Positions 31,001-47,425 of a stretch of DNA of 64,000 bases are shown one piece after another; position 1 is the stretch's first letter, and the number at the start of each line of letters is the position of its first letter. Source of the stretch: the human T2T-CHM13v2.0 reference genome, Homo sapiens; NCBI RefSeq assembly GCF_009914755.1, contig NC_060939.1. One strand, 5' to 3'. The notes under the pieces were generated by a model. The model saw only the letters and a program-made list of their open reading frames with translations, did no database searches and had not been told where the DNA came from. A program made the translations under genes and the position numbers.

Positions 31001-32022
31001 CTGGAAACAGACTCGGGGCCGTTGAGGGGGCACGGTGGGAGTGAGACCAGCCCTTCAGGTTGCCTGGAAGCTGGGTGAGGCCTGTGACTGCCAACTTTCC
31101 CCCACTTCCCTGACAACCTGCATGACTCAGCAGAGACAGCCATAATCCTCTTAGGTACACAACTCCAGTGACCTGGGAATCTCGCCCCCATCCCCCACAG
31201 CAGCCACAGCAAGACCTGACCAAGGAGAGTCTGAGCTCAGACAGGCCTAGCCCTGGCCCCACCTGATGGTCCTTCCCTATCCACCTTGGTATCAGAGGAC
31301 AAAGAACATATAATCTTAGGAATTCTAGGGCCCTGCCCACTGCTGGTGCCTGTCCACACTATTACAGCTGATGCTTTCTGGAAAGTACCACCTCCTGGCA
31401 GGAGGCCAACAGCACAAAACAGGGAATTAAACCACCAAAGTTAAGGATCCCATGGAGTCATTGCATCCTCTGCCACTTCCACTGGAACAGGTGCTGGTAT
31501 CCATGGCTGAGAGACCCATAAATCATTCACATCACAGGACTCTGTTCAGACAACCCCCAGTACCAGCCCAGAGCCAGGTAGACTTGCTGGGTGGCTAGAC
31601 CCAGAAGAGAGACAACAATCACTGCAGTTCGGCTCACAGGAGCCACATCCATAGGAAAAGGGGGAGAGTATTACATCAAAGGAACACCCCATGGGACAAA
31701 ATTCTGAACAACACCCTTCAGCCCTAGACCTTCCATCTGACAGAGCCTACCCAAATGAGAAGGAATCAGAAAACCAACCCTGCTAATATGAAAAGCCAAG
31801 GCTCATCAACATCCCCAAAAGATCACACTAGTTCACCAGCAACGAATCCAAACCAAGAAGAAATCCCTGATTTGCCTGAAAAATAATTCAGGAGGTTAGT
31901 TATTAAGCTAATCAGGGAGGAACCAGAGAAATATGAAGCCCAATGCAAGGAAATCCAAAAAAACGTTACAAGAGTGAAAGGAGAAATATTCAAGCAAATA
32001 GATAGCTTAAAGAAAAAAACAG

Positions 32023-32398
<376 letters not shown>

Positions 32399-35300
32399 TC
32401 AGCAATAGAATTGAACAAGTAGAAGAAAGAAATTCAGAGCTCGAAGTCAAGGTCTTTGAATTAACCCAATAAATAAAGACAAAGAAAAAATAATAAGGAA
32501 ATATGAACAAAGCCTCCAAGAAGTCTAGGATTAAAAGACCAAACCTAAGAATACTTGATGTTCCTGAGGAAGAAGACAATTCTAAACACTTGAAAAACAT
32601 ATTTGGGTGAATAATTGAGGAAAACTTCCAAGCCTTGCTAGACCTAGACATGCAAATACATGAAGCACAAAGAACACCTGGGATATTCATCACATAAAGA
32701 TCTTTGCCTAGGCACATTGTCATCAGGTTATCCAAAGTTAAGACCAAGGAAAGAATCTTAAGAGCTGTGAGACAGAAACACCTGGTGACCTACAAAGGAA
32801 AACCTATTAGATTAACAGATTTCTCAGCAGAAACCCTACAAGCTAGAAGGGATTGGGGCCCTATCTTCAACCACCTCAAACAAAACAAGTGTAAGCCAAG
32901 AATTTTGTATCCAGCAAAACTAAGCATCATATATGAAGAAAAGATACAGTCGTTTTCAGACAAACAAATGCTGAGAGAATTCGCCATTACCACGTTACCA
33001 CTACAAGACCTGCTAAAAGAAGCTCTAAATCTTGAAACAAATCCTGCAAACACATCATAACACAACCTCTTTACAGTATAAATCACACAAGACCTATAAA
33101 ACAAGAATACAAGTGAAAAAGCAAACAACAAAAAAACAAAAGTTCACAGGCAACAAAGAGCATGATGAAAGCAACAGTACCTCACATTTCAATACTAACA
33201 TTGAATGTAAATGGCCTAAATGCTCCACTTAAAAGATACAGAACTGCAGAATGGATAAGAACTCACCAACCAACTGCTGCCTTCAGGAGACTCACCTAGC
33301 ACATAAGGACTCACATAAACTTAAAGTAAACAGGTAGAAAAAGGCATTTCATGTGAAAGGACATGAAAAGTGAGCAGAGGTAGCTATTCCTATATCAGAC
33401 AAAACAAACTTTAAAGCAACAGTGGTTAAAAGAGACAAACAGAGACAGTATAGAATTGTAAAAGGCCTTGTCCAGCAGGAAAATATCACAATCCTAAATA
33501 TATATGCACCTAACACTGGAGCTCCCAAATTTATAAAGCAATTGCTACTAGACCTAAGAAATAAGATAGACAGCAACACAATAACAGTGGGGGACTTCAA
33601 TACTCCACTGACAGCACTAGACAGGTCATCAAGACAGAAAGTCAACAAAGAAACAATGGATTTAAACTATACTTTGGAACAAATGGACTTAACAGATATA
33701 TACAGAACATTTCATCCAACAGCAGCAGAATACACATTCTATTCAACAGCGCATAACTTTCTAACTTTCACCAAGATAGACCACATGGTGGCCCATAAAA
33801 TGAACTTCAATAAATTTAAGAAAATTGAAATTATATCCAGCACTGTCTCAGACCACAGTGGAATAAAACTGGAAATTAACTCCAAAGGAACCTTCAAAAC
33901 CATGCAAATACAGGGAAATTAAATAACCTGCTCCTGAATGAGCATTGGGTCAAAAACAAAATCAAGACAGAAATGAAAAAATTCTTCAAACTGAACGACA
34001 ATAATGACACAACCCATCAAAACCTCTGGGATACAACAAAGGCGGTGCTAAGAGGAATCTTCATAGCCCTAAATGCCTGTAACAAAAACACTGAAAGAGC
34101 ACAAACAGACAATCTAAGGTCACACCTCAAGAAACTAGAGAAACAAGAACAAACCAAACCCAAACCCAGCAGAAGAAGGGAAATAACCAAGATCAGAGCA
34201 GAACTAAATGAAATTGAAACAAACAAACAAACAAAAAAAAAGATAAATGAAACAAAAAGCTGGTTCTTTGAAAAGATAAAATTGATAGACCATTAGTAAG
34301 ATTAACCAAGAAAAGAAGAGAAAAAATCCAAATAACCTCACTAAGAAACAAAACAGGAGATATTACAACTAACACCACTGAAATACAAAAGATCATTCAA
34401 GGCTACTATGAACACCCTTACGCACATAAACTAGAAAACCTAGAAGAGCTAGATACATTCCTGGAAAAAATACAACCCTCCTGGCTTAAATCAGATTAAA
34501 TCAGAATTAGATACCCTGGAACAGACCAATAACAAGCAGGAAGATTGAAATGGTAATTTAAAAATTACCGACAAAAAAAAGTCCAGGACCAGATGGATTC
34601 ACAGCAGTATTCTACCAGATGTTCAAAGAAGAATTGGTACCAATTCTTTTGACACTATTCCACAAGATAGAGAAAGAAGGAACCCTCCCTAATTCATTCC
34701 ATAGAGCCAGAATCACCCTAATGCCAAAACCAGAAAGGACATAACCAAAAAAGAAAACTGCAGACCAATATCCTTCATGAACACAGATGCTAAAATCCTT
34801 AACAAAATACTAGCTAGCCAAATCCAACAACATATCAAAAAGATAATCCACCATGATCAAGTGGGTTTCATGCCAGGGATGCAGGGATGGTTTCACATAT
34901 GCAAGTCAATAAATGTGATACAACACATAAACAAAATGTAAAAAATCACATGATAATCTCAATAGGTGCAGAAAAAGCATTCAACAAAATCCAGCATCTC
35001 TTTATGATTAAAACTCTCAGCAAAATCGGCATACAAGGGACATACCTTAAAGTAATAAAACCCATCTATAATAAACCCACTGCCAACATAATACTGAATG
35101 GGGAAAAGTTGAAAGCATTCCCCCTGAGAACTGGAACAAGACAAGGATGCCCATTCTCACCACTCCTCTTTAACATAGTACTGGAAGTCCTAGCCAGACC
35201 AATCAGACAAGAGAAAGAAATACAGGGCATCCAAATCAGTAAAGAGGAAGTCAAACTGTCACTGCTTGCTGACGATATGATCATTTACCTTGAAAACTCT

Positions 35301-36827
35301 TAAGGACTCCTCTAGAAAGTTCCTAGGACTGATAAAAGAATTCAGCATAGTTTCCAGATACAAGATTAATGTACACAAATCAGTAGCTCTTCTATACACC
35401 AACAGCGACCAAGCAAAGACTCAAATCAAGAACTCAACCCCTTTTACAATAGCTGCAAAAAAAATAAAATACCTAAGAATATATCTAACCAAGGAGTCAA
35501 AAGGCCTCTACATAAAACTACAAAATGCTGCTGAAAGTAATCATAAACTAAACAAACAAATGGAAACATATCCCATGCTCATGGCTGGGTAGAATCAATA
35601 TTGTGAAAATGACCATACTGCCAAAAGCAATCTACAAATTCAATGCAATCCCATCAAAATACCACCATCATCCTTCACAGAATTAGAAAAGAAAATTCTA
35701 AAATTCATATGGAACCAAAAAAAGAGCCCGCATAGCCAAAGCAAGACTAAGCAAAAAGAACAAATCTGGAGGCATTACATTACCCCACTTCAAACTATAC
35801 TATAAGGCCATAGTCACCAAAACAGCATGGTACTGGTATAAAAACAGGCATGTAGACCATTGCCACAGAATAGAGAACCCAGAAATAAAGCTAAATACTT
35901 ACAGTCAACTGATCTTTGACAAAGTAAACAAAATCATAAAGGGGGCAAAGTACACCCTATTCAACAAATGGTGCTCAGATAATTGCCAAGCCATGTGTAG
36001 AATAAAACTGGATTCTCATCTCTCACCTTATACAAAACTCAACTCAAGATGGATTAAGAACTTAAACCTGACACGCGAAACTATAAAAATTCTAGAACAT
36101 AACATTGGAAAAACCCTTCTAGACATTGACTTAGGCAAGGATTTCATGACCAAGAACCCGAAAGCAAATGCAATAAAAACAAAGATAAATAGCTAGGACC
36201 TAATTAAACTAAAGAACGTTTGCACAGCAAAAGGAACAGTCAGCAGAGTAAACAGACAACCCACGGAGTGGGAGAAAATCTTCACAATCTATACACCTGA
36301 CAAAGGAATAATATCCAGAATCTACAACAAACTCAAATCAGTAAGAGAAAAACAAACAATCCCATCAATAAGTGGGCTAAGGACATGAATAGACAATTCT
36401 CAAAAGAAGATATACAAATGGCCAATAAACATTAAAAAATGCTCAACATCACTAATGATCAGGGAAATGCAAATCAAAACTACAATGCGATACCACCTTA
36501 CTCCTTCAAGAATGGCCATAATCAAAAAAATCAAAAACAGCAGATGTTGGCATGGATGCAGTGAACAGGGAACACTTCTACACTACTGGTGGGAATGTAA
36601 ACTAGTACAGCCACTATGGAAAACAGCGTGGAGATTCCTTAAATAACTAAAAGTAGAACTACCATTGATCCAGCAATCCCACTTACTGGGTATCTACCCA
36701 GAGGAAAAGAAGTCATTATTCAAAAAAGATACTTCTACACGCATTTTTATAGCAGCACAATTCACAATTGCAAAATCGTGGAACCAACCCAAATGCCCAT
36801 CAATCAACAAGTGGATAAAGAAACTGT

Positions 36828-36829
<2 letters not shown>

Positions 36830-36903
<74 letters not shown>
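36830..36903. repeat. (TG)~15(TA)~22 microsatellite inside L1
   Basis: Direct reading. Confidence 0.95.
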
Positions 36904-36906
<3 letters not shown>

Positions 36907-37531
36907 TAGTTTGAAGTGAGGTAATGTAATGCCTCCAGATTTGTTCTTTTTGCTTAGTCTTGCTTTGGCTATGCGGGCTCTTTTTTTGGTTCCATATGAT
37001 ATATATATATATTCCATAAAAATATATATATTCCATAAATATATATCCACAAAATATATATATTTTATGGATATATAAAATATAAATATATAGTACATAT
37101 ATCCATAAATATATATATATTCCATAAAAATATATATATTCCAAAAAATATATATATATTCCATAAAAAGGAATAAATTAACAGCATTTGCAGTGACCTG
37201 GATGAGACTGGAGACTATTATTCTAAGTGAAGTAACTCAGGAATGGAAAACCAGACATCGTATGTTCTTACTGATATGTGGGAGCTAAACTATAAGGAAA
37301 CAAAGGCATGAGAATAATACAATAGACTTTGGGGACTTGGGGGGAAGAGTGGGAGGGGGACGAGGGATAAAAGACTACAAATATGGTGCAGTGTATACTG
37401 CTCAGGTGATGGGTGCCCCAAAATCTCACAAATCACCACTGAAGACCTTACTCATGTAACCAAATACCATCGGTACCCCCAAGAACTTATGGAAAAATAA
37501 AAATAAATAAATAAAATCTGTGTAAGAAGTA

Positions 37532-39660
<2,129 letters not shown>

Positions 39661-39670
39661 TCTTTGTTGC

Positions 39671-39767
39671 TTTTTTTCCTTTTTTCTTTTTTTTGTGGGG
39701 GGTGGAATTTATTGGTGGGCATGAGTAAGGAGGGGCAGCACAGTGGACGCCCTCTCAAGTGCAGGGC
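39671..39767 (-). pseudogene. Heavily 5'-truncated processed pseudogene of RPL10-like mRNA 3' end
   Basis: Minus strand gccctgcacttgagagggcgtccactgtgctgcccctccttactcatgcccaccAATAAAttcc plus A-tail resembles the recalled RPL10 stop/3'UTR. Confidence 0.6.
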
Positions 39768-40970
39768 TTTAAAAAAAAAATAAGGAAAAGAGCTCTCTGA
39801 AGCCACATTGATTCAGATTTGAATCTTGGAGCAACCGTTTTGCTACCTTTGTGATCCTGGGAAAATAATTTTAAGCTTCCTGAGTCTCCATTTCCTCAAT
39901 TGTAATATGAGGCAAATACTTTTATTAGCTATCACCTTTCATAGGGTTCTTTAGAAACAGGTCAACTGCCTGACCCACAGAAAAGCCTTCAATAGAAGCT
40001 TTCTGCCTGTGTTAATTACCTGGCACCCTTCATTCCTCTCTGGACATCTTGACCTCTTGCTCCTCATCAGTCCCCCAGGTGTGTTTGCATGTTTCACCTT
40101 AGCTCTAATGTGACGAAGAAGGTTTTTTTCTTGTTTAAAAAAAATAAGCTGGTGACCCTTGATCTAGAAATCAGTTCCTCTGAGGAGTAGCTTTGGTGAT
40201 GGAGAAACACTGTTCGCCCTATGGGAAAGGAAAACTTGAGTCATACTCTTTCAGCCACTGGTGAGCAAAAGCTTAGGTGAGAACCAGACATCTTAGAAGC
40301 CTCCAGGATCTCCCATTTGTGCCCACAAACATTTCCAGCCTTAATCCCTTTTGCTGATGTAATAAGATTCTTCAGCTGGATGATGAAAACTGAGCCCATG
40401 GTGTTGTGATTATGAGCTCAGCTACCTGCTACTGGCAGGTGATAGCTGCACCTGTGAGGCTGGTCAGCTTCCCACACACCCAGGGTGCCTGCGGCCTCCT
40501 GCACCCTAAGCCCTGCCCTGACCTGGCCACTAATTATTGAACAGGGAGTGAGGTTTCCTGGTAGAGATTATCTATTTTACTGCCAGGATTATGCTCTATG
40601 CAAAGCACAGGTCCAGGCACTGGGGATGACATAGAGATACATGTACATTTGGCCTCAAAGGAGTTTACCATTTAATGAGGGAGATAGATAATCACCATCC
40701 AATAGACAAGGAAATAAACGAAGTGGGTAGGAGAAGGGCTGCTGGCGGGCTGCATGTGGGATAAGTAAGACCTTGGGTCTACATGTGGGAATGCTGCTTT
40801 GGAGCTTCCATTGCAAGCCTGGGAGCAGGTGAGCACCCAGCTCAGGTGATCTTCTTTAAGCAAAAGCAAGTCTTCAAATATGTGTGATGTTTTATCCTTG
40901 GGGCGGCAGTGGGAGGGGGTGGTCTCTGAATACTGACAGTCCTTATGGAAGAGGATAGTGCCTTGTGGGC

Positions 40971-41092
40971 AGGGTGACCCTACAATTCATTATCCAAACA
41001 GGGACACTTGAGAGTGAAGGTAATGAAAGATAACCAGCATTCCAGGACACGTATAGCCAGGGCTTGCCCTGGCAAACCAGACATATGATCTC
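40971..41092. mobile_element. hAT-Blackjack MITE (MER81-like)
   Basis: agggtgaccctacaattcattatccaaacagggacacttgagagtgaagg. Confidence 0.55.
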
Positions 41093-41167
41093 TGGACTTA
41101 ACGGGAGCTTGGTAATTATAAAGCGGGGTAGAGTCAGTGACCTAGGGACCAGAAGAGAATAGATTCT

Positions 41168-41460
41168 GGCTGGGCACAGTGGCTCATGCCTGTAATTCCA
41201 GCATTTTAGGGGGCCGAGGCAGGAGGATAGCTTGAGGCCAGGAGTTCAAAATGAGCCTGGGCAACATAGTGAGAACTTCATCTCTACAAAATTAATAAAT
41301 AAATTAGCCAGGTATGGTAGCACGCACCTGTAGTCCCAGCCACTCATGAGGCTGAGGCAGGAGGATCGCTTGAGCCTGGGAGTTAAGGCTGCAGTAAGCC
41401 ATAATTGCACCAGCCTAGGCAATGGAGCAAGACCCTGTCTCGAAAAAAAAAAGAGAGAGA
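41168..41460 (+). mobile_element. Alu (J-like)
   Basis: TSD aatagattc. Confidence 0.88.
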
Positions 41461-42134
41461 GAAAATAGATTCCTACTCAGTCTGAATGTCTAGGTCTCAT
41501 GCAGGTTCAAAAGGCTTCTCAGGCAGCTCCCCCAGACACCCTGGGTAAGAGCCACTGGCGGTGGGGTGGGGGTGGGCTGGTCTCTCTTGACACATTTCCT
41601 CCTCAGAATGACTGCTCAAGGGGCCCATTTTCACCAGTGACCAGCATCAGTCCACCTCTCTGGGTGGGACTCCTCAAAAAGCCGCATATGTTCTGGCCAA
41701 GCTACTTAAAGATTAAATGTTTATTTTCTGCTTCCCTGGCGCCTTAGCTCCTCCTGCATGGAAACCAATTCAGAGTTTGCCTTGGTGTGGTTTTTAATTG
41801 CCATGCCAAAGTCCCGTACCCTTATAGTGCTTTTCAAAGAGTAATTCTTATTCCAAAACCACTTCACAGTGATTTCACAGTGTAAGAAATAATATAGAAA
41901 AAGCTCTAACCAATTGCTGTTTTATCAAAGAAATTAACAGTTGATGTGAGAGGACAGCCCTAATGACCTAGCACTGTTACCCCATTTCATTCTGTATCCT
42001 GATAGAATAAAGGTCATAGAGTAACAGAATTTACAACGTAAAATTATACCTATTTATTTGTCTCTTCCACCAACCTGTGATTTCCTGGAGGACATAAATT
42101 ACATTATTAACATAAGATATTAAAACCATCACCG

Positions 42135-42242
42135 GGCTGGTCTGAAGGTAGTGAGTTACCTCAATTGATTGTTCACAGTTATAGATCAAACTTCTTGTTC
42201 TACTCTTTCCCCTCTTCTCACTACTGTACTTGACTAGTCTTT
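42135..42242 (+). pseudogene. Y1 RNA (RNY1) retro-pseudogene
   Basis: ggctggtctgaaggtagtgagttacctcaattgattgttcacagt...cactactgtacttgactagtcttt matches hY1 with a 4-nt deletion; A-rich tail; TSD taaaaccatca (42121-42131, 42275-42285). Confidence 0.9.
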
Positions 42243-43211
42243 GTTAACAATTAAAAATAATAAAATAAAATAAATAAAACCATCATTGGCATGGACATAT
42301 TTGTGGGGTCTCCTAAATGACTGTGGTTGAATGGAAGGCAGCCTGGTCATAGCCCCACCTCTCTTGCTGACACCAGAGAGACTCCTTTCAGTCCTTACAC
42401 CCAAAACAGACTTTCCTTTGTGATCTTTACTTACAGCAAATCATATTCTTCCCAGGCCACCTGAGGCAACTGGGAGGTGGCCTCCTCCTTCTCTTCCCCT
42501 CCCCATCCCACTGGGACAGTTTTGTTGTCTCGGTTCAGCTCTGCCTGATCTTATGAACACTGGAGTCTACCTGTTAAATGGGGCAGGGCATGGTCAAGAC
42601 TCTTCCCTGCAGTTCCCACAGGATCCAACTGTTGCTCTTTAATGGCTTTGTGGAAAATGGCTTTCTCTCTCTCTCTGTCGCTCACTGGACTGTGTTTCCT
42701 GTTTTCTTCTTTATTGTCATAAAAATCCTAGACACTGCTCAGGGTCCCACTGGTAGTAGATTGTGCCCATCTCTGACAGATCTTTCCCATGTGGCTCTTC
42801 CTTTCTGGAAATTCACCAGTGTTCACCAGCCCCATCAAGAAAACTATGAACATATTATACACATTATTCTAACTTTAGATTGGATATGGATTAAATGTTG
42901 GCATCACCTGGTTCTGTCAGATTGCCTCATCTGGCTCCTTAGAAACCAAAATGGGAGAATTCACATGTTTTGGTTGTTAAATCATAGTTCCAGCTGTCAG
43001 ACCATACTGCTTGTGCTAGAGGAATAGGGAACGATGTGTGTGGGTGGCAGGAAAAAGGCAGACACTAAGGGGCATTTATAACCAACATAAATATGTAATA
43101 AAGGCAATGTCAGTATAAATTAAATACATACAAAATAAAGGCAATTATTAATATGTAAGCATAGGCTCCAGAGATGTTTCAGTTTGGTCTCCTTCTTCTC
43201 CCCCACCACAG

Positions 43212-43406
43212 AAACCAAATGACCGTGATCATAAAGTGAGACTGGCACTGGGAAATGGCTTACGAGGAGATGTGTGGAGACAATTTGTCAAGAGATTTGG
43301 GGACATATGCATCTATGAGTTCTATGCTGCCACTGAAGGCAATATTGGATTTATGAATTATGCGAGAAAAGTTGGTGCTGTTGGAAGAGTAAACTACCTA
43401 CAGAAA
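43212..43406 (+). CDS. SLC27A2: SLC27A2 exon 5 (YEFYAATEG motif)
   Basis: ccacag|AAACCA; [19 protein letters not shown]...NYLQK; donor AAA|gtaagt. Confidence 0.96.
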
Positions 43407-44406
43407 GTAAGTACATTGAAAAATGAGAGCATACGTAGCCAGTTTTCAGAATACAGAGACTTCTTAAAAGCCAAGTCATGATGATGTTATCAGAAGTCAG
43501 GCAGCATCAGAGCCATGGCCCATTCCTATCACCAAGAGAAGTTTTGCTCATTCTCTGTGATGATGACTTCAAAAAATCAGATCCTCCAATTAAAAGCATC
43601 TCAACTTCTATTAAGAACAATCCATTGTGCCCTTGCCATCTGCAACTTAGGTGAAGTCTTCCTGATGCCATTTATACTTGCATGTGATAAAACACCTGAA
43701 GGTTACAAGTTCCGTAAGCTAATCGTACACTGTGAAACATAGTATTTCCCTTTAATTGTGTCGTGCAGCACCATCACCTGGGGAGTTTTTTTTATATGCA
43801 CAGATGCAAGGACCAACCCGCTAGGCTTTGGATTCAGTTGTTCTGAGGTGGAGCCCAGGCATCTCAGTGCTAGGATCTGGTGAACATTTATGTCTACCTA
43901 ATAATTCCACCAGAAAGATATTTGTAAGCCAGCTCACATAGCCGTCTCTTTTCCCTGTCAGTCATTTTATTGCTCATGGGTCTCTGTTGTCTTTTTTGTA
44001 CTCAAGCAGTCAGTCTTCCAGATAACCAACAATTCTGCAAATATCCAGAAATGTTCAGCAAATGCTGAGCCTCCTTTGGCTTGAGAAGTCACTGCGGTCA
44101 TTGTGCCTCTGGGCAGCTCATCCTTTCTGGCCATGAAACAGCCGCACCAGAACTCCCACGCAACCTGTGTCCCCAGGGACAGGCCAGCAGAATACAGAGG
44201 ACAGTAGTTCATGTGCGTAAGAGCCCTGGCTGTGGAGAGCAAATCTCAGTGCCACCATATGCTAGCTGAGTGACCTTGGGCAGGTCACATATGTTCCTCA
44301 GGCCTCAATTTCATCATCTGTAAAACAGAGATAACAAGAGAAAATATTGAACCCAGTGCCTAGCCCACACTCGATAAGGGAAAAGGATTGTTGAAAGGAT
44401 TAAACA

Positions 44407-44724
<318 letters not shown>

Positions 44725-44904
44725 TTAGAGGCTATAGCCCAATGCCTGTCATTTAACAGCCTTGAATAATTGTTAGCCGTAATGATGATAATCACTCTAT
44801 TTCTTATATTCTGGCCTAATCTCAAGGTGTTCCCAAGTTCAAGGACCCTCTCTGACAATGACAGCTCCACCTACGCTACACAAGTCCCTCCACAGTCCTC
44901 TAGA

Positions 44905-45105
44905 CCTGCGCTGTCCAAACAGTAGCCACTAGCTACATGTGGCTACTTAAATTTAAGTTATATTAATAAAAGTTTAAATCCAGTTCTTCAGTCACACTAG
45001 CCACATTTCCAGTGCTGAATAGCCACGTGTGGTTAGTAACTACCGTATTGAGCAATGCAGACAGAGAATATTTCCATCATCACAGCAGATTCCTGGGCAG
45101 TGCTG
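44905..45105. mobile_element. hAT MITE MER3-like
   Basis: gcgctgtccaa...gtagccactagctacatgtggcta...agcagattcctgggcagtgctg. Confidence 0.7.
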
Positions 45106-46234
45106 CTGCAGACTGAGAATCGATCTCCTACACCCCACTGGAACTGCTGCTGAGGGTCAGCTAATGCTGTATATTACCCATTCTTTACTTTCTCATCCAT
45201 TGATTGCCATATTTTATTGTCAGTTTTTCTACTTTAAGCAAAACATTAAAAAAAAAAACTTTAAAAACCGGATGATCCCATGCAATTGATGTAGAAAAGA
45301 ACATTTATTACTACCTATAAATTTTTTACATTCCTGCAAATAAGATCTACATTTGTTGACCATAAACACCACTTGTTTTTTTAACAAGTACTAGCTGTCT
45401 GCTAATACTAAAGCATATGATTGTTTGCTTCATCACATAGACTTGAATATAAATTTGAAATAGACACAGTAATCATGGCTAATAATTATATCCAAATACT
45501 GTCATGTTTGCATTTTTCTTCCAACAAGGAAAATAATATATTTATTATTGCTCTTACTGAATTGCTGATAATTAAATTCTTATGCTTTGAATTATATGTT
45601 AAATATGATAGAGTTTTCATAATTTTATAGTCATGGGCATGAAATAATTATGGCTTCGATTCTAAAATATATTAGATAACATTTCCTTAGAAACATGAAA
45701 AATCTAATAGTGTCATATTAATATAAGGTTATACAAGATTTTAAAAACCCATTTGTGATACATCCACCAAAAGACACAAGAATGTTCATAACAGCTTTAT
45801 TTATAATAGGCCAAAACTAGAAATAATCCAAATACCCATTAACAGGAAAATAGATAAATAAATCGTGGTATGTTTATACAAGGGAAAATTGCATGGCAAT
45901 AAAAAACACCAACATGGATGGATGAATATTATAGACATATTTAGTGAAAGAAGCAGACACAGAAGCATACATTTATTTCATTTATTTGATATTTAAGATT
46001 AATTGACAGCAGTATAAGTCAGAATAGTAGTTAACTTCACAGAAAAGGGCAGGAGGAAACTTTCTAGGTGAAATGAAAGTTTTCTCTGTCTCTCTCTGGG
46101 TGGCAGTTTTAAGGGTATATGCAAATGCAAAATTTCTTCAACCTGTACGCCTAAGATATACTTTGTGTTATACCACAATTAAAAAGGGAAAAATTATAAA
46201 AGATTTATACTCAAAATTATTTTAATCTTGCTAG

Positions 46235-46325
46235 AAAATCATAACTTATGACCTGATTAAATATGATGTGGAGAAAGATGAACCTGTCCGTGATGAAAAT
46301 GGATATTGCGTCAGAGTTCCCAAAG
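46235..46325 (+). CDS. SLC27A2: SLC27A2 exon 6
   Basis: tgctag|AAAATC; [30 protein letters not shown]; donor AAG|gtacag (not in ORF track, read manually). Confidence 0.95.
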
Positions 46326-46668
46326 GTACAGTGGACTTTTGTTCAATCAACCTGTGCCCCTTCTTATCTTGATCAAGTGACTTTTAAGGACTAACATATT
46401 ATTGCCACATGGTAAAATTTATCAGAGTGGGGAAAAGGGGGGTTTATTTAAGTACCCTCCAATATACAGGAATTCCAAAGGTGCTAATTTACCGCTGCAT
46501 GTAACATAATTCTAGTTTTAAACATAGCTTAACAACTTCTTGCTTATGAGGTAATGTTTTGTGGGAAGGGATATGTAATTGTGGTTGCAAAACTATAGTT
46601 TTAGGTGGCCTTTACCTTTAAGCTTTAACAACTGTGCGTTTGTGTAAGTGTGCATAAATCATTATTCA

Positions 46669-47425
<757 letters not shown>

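Noticed and set aside
32704-36904. Several 60-170 aa ORFs with endonuclease/RT similarity
   Set aside because: Fragments of the decayed L1 ORF1/ORF2, broken by stops, frameshifts and an Alu; not an active element or novel RT system.
37000-37170. Repeat-spacer-like appearance (CRISPR-like)
   Set aside because: Units are irregular low-complexity AT sequence without unique spacers, in a human L1 context with no cas genes.
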